64,000 nucleotides of DNA, from contig JAUSKM010000028.1 in assembly GCA_030646955.1 (NCBI GenBank), forward strand, positions 1,065 through 65,064, in the 5' to 3' direction. The notes under the pieces are model-generated. The model was not told where the DNA came from, did not search any database, and worked only from the letters and a program-made list of their open reading frames with translations. A program made the translations under genes and the position numbers. Position 1 is the first letter of the stretch. Each line of letters begins with the position of its first letter. Source of the DNA: a bacterium (GTDB taxonomy: Bacteria > Patescibacteriota > Patescibacteriia > JACPHY01). Positions 59,670 to 64,000 of this stretch are shown here, in pieces.

Positions 59670-60794
59670 ATGCTCTCCATTATCATTCCCGTCTTCAACG
59701 AGGCGCAATCGCTCCGGCATCTCCATGACGAGTTGCACTGGGCATGCGCGTATCTTCCTGTTCCCCTCCCTCCCCGCGTCCTCGGGGAGAGGGAGGGGAA
59801 GGGAGGGGGGGGTGGCATGGTGGCGCAGGACGAAGGCCACCTCTCCCCCCTGTATCCCCCCTCCCCCCGGGGACGCGGGGAGGGGGGAGAAAATTTTTTT
59901 GAATTCATCTACGTCGACGATGGTTCATCGGATGCATCGTGGGAAGTCATACGGGAACTGGCGGCGCGCGACCCGCGCGTGGTCGCGGTGCGATTGCGGC
60001 GTAACTGCGGGAAGGCGACGGCATACGCGGCCGGCCTGGCCCATGCTTGTGGCGAGATGATCGCGACGATCGATGCAGACCTCCAGGATGATCCGGCAGA
60101 ATTAGGGAAGCTACTTGCGCGCGTGTCTCCCCCTCCTGCTTGGAGGGGGAGACAAAGAGGGGGTGGAGCGGATGGAGGGGGGGGAAAGAGGGCGGACATG
60201 GTTGTCGGGTACAAGGAGTACCGGCAGGACGTATCTGTCAAAATTTTCTCCTCGCGTCTCTTCAATGCTGCACTCCGTGCGGTTGCCGGCACAACACTGC
60301 GTGATCATAACTCCGGTTTCCGCGTGATGACGCGCGAGGTTGCGGATGAGCTGCCACTCCGCGGAGATCTCCACCGTGTCCTCCCCGCGATTGCTGCGAT
60401 GCACGGGTACCGCGTTGCAGAGGTTGCGGTGGTGCACCGCGCGCGGCGTTTTGGCGCGTCCAAGTACGGCCGCACCGGCCTCTCGCGTGCGTTCCGCGGT
60501 CTTTTTGATCTCCTGACCATCGCGTTTCTCTACCGCTTCCGCGCCCGGCCACTCCACTTTTTTGGCGCGTTTGGCCTCGCGCTCCTGGCTCTTGGGGGTG
60601 GCATCAACGCGTACCTGACGATCGTGTGGCTCGGCGGCGCCTCCATCGGCACACGTCCGCTGCTTCTCCTGGGCGTGCTCCTGGTAGTGCTTGGGGTACA
60701 ATTTATTTCGACGGGCTTCCTTGCAGATCTCGTGGTGCTGCGCAGAGCGCAGGAGGAGCAGCTTCCTATTCGTGAGGTGGTGCGCGGCGTATGA
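59670..60794 (+). CDS. GT2-family polyprenol-phosphate glycosyltransferase (GtrB/ArnC/DPM1-like) carrying two in-frame G/C palindromic-element insertions
   Basis: GT2 motifs SIIIPVFNE…YVDDGSSD…IDADLQDDP and 2 C-terminal TM helices are present. Insertions lie at 59757-59890 (45 aa, PVPLPPRVLGEREGKGGGGG…SPRGRGEGGE) and 60121-60190. Confidence 0.8.
   Translation: MLSIIIPVFNEAQSLRHLHDELHWACAYLPVPLPPRVLGEREGKGGGGGMVAQDEGHLSPLYPPSPRGRGEGGENFFEFIYVDDGSSDASWEVIRELAARDPRVVAVRLRRNCGKATAYAAGLAHACGEMIATIDADLQDDPAELGKLLARVSPPPAWRGRQRGGGADGGGGKRADMVVGYKEYRQDVSVKIFSSRLFNAALRAVAGTTLRDHNSGFRVMTREVADELPLRGDLHRVLPAIAAMHGYRVAEVAVVHRARRFGASKYGRTGLSRAFRGLFDLLTIAFLYRFRARPLHFFGAFGLALLALGGGINAYLTIVWLGGASIGTRPLLLLGVLLVVLGVQFISTGFLADLVVLRRAQEEQLPIREVVRGV
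59757..59890. repeat. Composite G/C palindromic element (135 nt) inserted in frame inside the GT2 gene
   Basis: Its left module CCCCTCCCTCCCCGCGTCCTCGGGGAGAGGGAGGGG is nearly identical to 34347-34480. The insertion is a multiple of 3 nt and the reading frame is preserved. Confidence 0.7.
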
Positions 60795-61102
60795 TGGGCG
60801 CAATCGGCCGGTACATGGCAAGCTGGGATGCCTGGACGTGGTTTGGGTTCCTGGCGCAGGCATTCTTCTTTGGGCGGTTTGTCGTGCAATGGTGGGCGAC
60901 AGAAAAACACCGCCGGGTGGTGATCCCCGCGGCATTCTGGTGGCTCTCGCTCGTGGGCGGGACGCTCATCTTTGTGTATGCGTTGGTGCGGCGCGACCCC
61001 GTGTTCGTCGTGGGCTCTGCGCTCGCTCTGGTCATCTATGCGCGCAATGTATACTTCCACTACGGCGTGGCGCGTTCCCAGAGCGACCAGCCGTCCACAT
61101 GA
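60791..61102 (+). CDS. small 3-TM membrane protein, lipid-A-disaccharide synthase N-terminal (LAB_N)-like, coupled to the GT2 gene
   Basis: An ATGA overlap joins it to the GT2 stop. FGRFVVQWW is typical of LAB_N proteins that accompany ArnC-like GT2 enzymes. Confidence 0.55.
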   Translation: MMGAIGRYMASWDAWTWFGFLAQAFFFGRFVVQWWATEKHRRVVIPAAFWWLSLVGGTLIFVYALVRRDPVFVVGSALALVIYARNVYFHYGVARSQSDQPST

Positions 61103-62718
61103 CGCGGCGTACCGACCCGCGCGCGGAGATCCTCCGGGATCTCCGTTTCTGTTTTCGTGAGGAGCCAACTGCGTTCTTTGAGAACCAGTTTTTCGTGTGT
61201 GCGTTCAACGTCCAGCAACCCGTCCGAGATGCGCACGTCCGGCAATGCAGCGCGAAGCGTAAAGTACGCCGCGGGTTGCGTCTGCCATGCAAATCCGTAC
61301 GTGACCAACCCGTTGGCGCGGCCTTCGCGTAGCACCGCGATGATGCGCGGGAATGATGATGGAGGATACTCGCGGCGCAGGGTGTGGAACGTTTGCACGC
61401 TCGCAAGGCCCACGGTGGCGAGAAGGAGTAGGATGATAAGCCGCCGCACTCGCGTCGCACGTTGCACAATGCACGTGAGGCCTGCAATGAGCATGGCGGT
61501 TGCGGGGAAGAGGGGAAGGAGGTACCACGCGAATTTCGTCTGCGCGAACGAGTAGCCGATGAAAACGGTGAGCCACCAGATCGCCAGCAAATCCACAGTG
61601 GGCCACCGCAGCAGCTCCTCAAAGCGATCCATCGCGCGGTGCGTTTGCGGAACGTGCCGTCGCAGCAACGCGAGGAGCGGTGCAATGGGGCTGTGGCGGA
61701 CGATGAACCACTGAACATTGCGCACCATCGTCATCGCGCCGATGCCGATGAGCACCGCGAGCATCCACCAGGCGTACGGCCCCGCAGTATGTGCAAACGC
61801 GCCGATGTACCACAGCGGCCCCGCGCCCTCGTTGTGGAGCTGCGTCGTCACGCGGTGCACGACGTGCCATCCCATGTACTCCTCCCAGAAGATGCCGCCG
61901 TGCAGCAAGGTCATTGCGAGGTGCCAGGGGAGGGTGATGATAAGGAACACGGAACATGGAACAAGGAACTGCCGGAAAGAGATGCGGATCATTTTTCGAT
62001 ACAAGAACCAGTGGAGCGCGATGATGGGAAGTGGCAGCAGACCCGCGGCGGATTTGGTCATCACGGCAAGTCCCATCGCAACGCCGAAAATGGCGAGCCA
62101 AAAAGAGACACCCATCCCCCCAGAGCGGGGATGGTGGACGATTATTGTCTGATCCTCCCCCTCTCCGCGTCCGCGGGGGGAGGGGGAGCGAGAGGGGGAG
62201 GGGTGGCATGTGGTTTTCCACCACGCAAAGAGTGCCAGCAGTACAAAGAACGTCAGCATCCCATCCATCTCCCCAGTTCGGAACGCATGTTCGTGCACCG
62301 CGGGGAAGGTGGCCATGATGGCTCCCGCGAGGAACGCCGCCAGCCGTGAGCGACGCCACTCCCACGTCCACCATGCCGTGAGCAGCACGACGCCGATGCC
62401 CGCAAGCGCGGATGGCAGCCGGAGTGCCCACACGATTCCCTTCCATCCCTCCCCCTCCCCGCGTCCGCGGGGGGAGGGGTGGAATGCCATGAGTGTGCTC
62501 GTCACCCAAATCTTGAGCGGCGGTTTTCGGAAATACGGCGCGTTCGTATAGGAAGGCGCCAGGAAATTGCCCCGCTCCACCATCTCCAAGCTCACTTCGC
62601 CATGTATCGCTTCGTCAAAATTGACATACGGCCGCGCGTCCAACCGCCAGAGCATCACAAACCCCGCCAGCGCGAAAAGCGCCAGGAACCAACCGTGCGC
62701 GCGAATGATGTGATACAT
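61060..62718 (-). CDS. GT39/ArnT-like (PMT family) membrane glycosyltransferase with two in-frame palindromic-element insertions
   Basis: N-terminal FDEAIHGE (DE motif) and multiple TM helices are present. Insertions at 62150-62225 and 62440-62490 encode PSPRGRGEGEG-type peptides. Confidence 0.75.
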   Translation of the reverse strand: MYHIIRAHGWFLALFALAGFVMLWRLDARPYVNFDEAIHGEVSLEMVERGNFLAPSYTNAPYFRKPPLKIWVTSTLMAFHPSPRGRGEGEGWKGIVWALRLPSALAGIGVVLLTAWWTWEWRRSRLAAFLAGAIMATFPAVHEHAFRTGEMDGMLTFFVLLALFAWWKTTCHPSPSRSPSPRGRGEGEDQTIIVHHPRSGGMGVSFWLAIFGVAMGLAVMTKSAAGLLPLPIIALHWFLYRKMIRISFRQFLVPCSVFLIITLPWHLAMTLLHGGIFWEEYMGWHVVHRVTTQLHNEGAGPLWYIGAFAHTAGPYAWWMLAVLIGIGAMTMVRNVQWFIVRHSPIAPLLALLRRHVPQTHRAMDRFEELLRWPTVDLLAIWWLTVFIGYSFAQTKFAWYLLPLFPATAMLIAGLTCIVQRATRVRRLIILLLLATVGLASVQTFHTLRREYPPSSFPRIIAVLREGRANGLVTYGFAWQTQPAAYFTLRAALPDVRISDGLLDVERTHEKLVLKERSWLLTKTETEIPEDLRARVGTPRHVDGWSLWERATP

Positions 62719-62811
62719 ACCACTCTATCGTAGCAGGTGGGGCAGAGACTTGACGGGAGGCGGGATTCTTGATGGAGTGAATATGGCGCACGGTGCGCAG
62801 GAGGAGGACGC

Positions 62812-63045
62812 ATGGGTGATGCGACAGGAGCAGAGCTCGTGGAGGCGGCGAAGCCGCTCGATGAGGAGCGGGCGCGGCGATTCATCGCGGCGGCATGGCG
62901 GTACATCGATGGAGGTGGCACCCCCCAGGATATCCGAAAGCTGCACAATGCGATCGCGGCAGCGCAGAACGGAACGCTGGTGCTTCCGGACAGGGTAGTT
63001 CCGGAGGATATCCGGCGCTTCCTCGGCCACTGGCCCACGCGGTAG
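62812..63045 (+). CDS. hypothetical protein (77 aa)
   Basis: GGAGGAGG RBS lies 6 nt upstream. Confidence 0.45.
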   Translation: MGDATGAELVEAAKPLDEERARRFIAAAWRYIDGGGTPQDIRKLHNAIAAAQNGTLVLPDRVVPEDIRRFLGHWPTR

Positions 63046-63264
63046 CGCCCCACAACAAACCCACCCGGGAACACCGGGTGGGTTTCTCTATGGGCGTGCG
63101 TAGCAGCATCTTTTGTCAAAGGAAAGAGGGTCAAGTCCAATCATAATTCAACCGAATCGCGATCCGGCTGTGCCTAAGAGGTTGGCACGTGATCAAAGAA
63201 TTGGACTTGACCCCATTTCTGACCCATAGTGTTATGTGATGTCTCATTTTGGCGGTCTTTAGTG

Positions 63265-63666
63265 TTAGACAAACTTCTCGATAAATTCTTTAAGATACGG
63301 TGCAGCATCCAGTTGCAAAAATTCATCTTTCGTAACCCAAGCATGCTCGGAGTGTTCAGAACTTACCGTAACAGCACCAGATAAGGCGGCGCACTTATAG
63401 CCGATGAAAATAATATAATCATCTTTTTCTTGATTGTAGGCGGTTTGAATATCAAGAGGAACGATGTTTTCAATATCCAGCCCCGCTTCCTCTCTGACCT
63501 CTCTTTTGAGGGAAGCATTGTGGAGCTCGGGAAATTCAAGTGCGCCGCCGGGTAAATCCCACTTAAGCCCCTTATATGTCGCTTTTAAGACAAGGAATTT
63601 TTCCTCTTTGTTGAGTATGACTGCTTTTTGGTGAAGATGAATTTTTGCCATAGAAGTTAAAGCCAA
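63265..63666 (-). CDS. NUDIX hydrolase (133 aa) in a low-GC region
   Basis: The Nudix box is GGALEFPELHNASLKREVREEAGL. Gene GC is about 40%, against about 65% elsewhere. Confidence 0.7.
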   Translation of the reverse strand: MALTSMAKIHLHQKAVILNKEEKFLVLKATYKGLKWDLPGGALEFPELHNASLKREVREEAGLDIENIVPLDIQTAYNQEKDDYIIFIGYKCAALSGAVTVSSEHSEHAWVTKDEFLQLDAAPYLKEFIEKFV

Positions 63667-63837
63667 GATGAGATTTCACATAACGTTTGCGCATATGCAA
63701 AGTTGGCTGGCAGTATAATATAGCGCGGAGCGCTCTACTGCTAGCCAATTTGGGTGAGCGACTGTAAGGAGCGAGCTGCATATGCGCTGTTGTACGATGT
63801 GTGGCTAAATTTCCTATAAATAATCATGAAAAGCCGC

Positions 63838-64000
63838 ATTAGTAATCGCTTATTAGGATTCCGTTTAAATGATCAATTTCTTGCTGGAGAATGGCGGCCC
63901 GAGGACCAATTATGACTTCTTCACGATCATTGCCCTCAATGTTTTGATATTGAACTTTGGTCCAAAAATAACGCTTTAGGAAGTGACGCCCATTCAAACT
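63838..64000 (-). CDS. 3' fragment of a peptide deformylase-like gene (C-terminal …EGNDREEVIIGPRAAILQQEIDHLNGILISDY*), truncated by the window end
   Basis: The C-terminus aligns with PDF motif III (I-x-Q-H-E-x-D-H-L-x-G-x-L-x-x-D-Y), but the first His is Gln (QQEIDH). The gene is low in GC. Confidence 0.35.

Overview
This is a high-GC (about 65%) bacterial chromosomal segment. Recognisable housekeeping genes are tRNA-Ala, rpiB, rpe, a split (two-ORF) transketolase, two PfkB-family kinases, class II fructose-bisphosphate aldolase, a 2-hydroxyacid dehydrogenase, typA/bipA, efp, an RsuA/RluB-type pseudouridine synthase, a beta-CASP MBL RNase, a MacAB-like ABC efflux set, an RRM RNA-binding protein, recA, ftsK, rpoB-rpoC, a GT2 polyprenol-phosphate glycosyltransferase and a GT39/ArnT-like transferase. 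The split transketolase and the reduced sugar-phosphate gene set fit a Patescibacteria/CPR-like lineage, but that is an inference only.

The window is unusually rich in structured repeats and small genes. (1) Eight copies of a bipartite hairpin element sit in the first 6.4 kb next to small membrane-peptide and lipoprotein genes. (2) A family of G/C-rich palindromic modules occurs both as about 130-nt intergenic composites, two near-identical inverted copies about 21 kb apart, and as in-frame insertions inside glycosyltransferase genes, which resembles Rickettsia palindromic elements. (3) A ~29-nt hairpin repeat family occurs in clusters. (4) A minus-strand block at 44-49.7 kb holds tandemly duplicated hypothetical gene pairs, small Cys-containing lipoproteins and its own hairpin family. 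(5) A paralogous Cys-rich lipoprotein cluster lies at 7.0-12.5 kb. (6) There is a consensus sigma70 promoter followed by a ~340-nt non-coding leader, and a 1.2-kb ORF-free structured region. (7) A tRNA-like minihelix has no anticodon arm. (8) The last ~0.9 kb is low in GC.

No CRISPR array, integron or obvious transposase is present. Many long ORFs antisense to real genes are high-GC artefacts.
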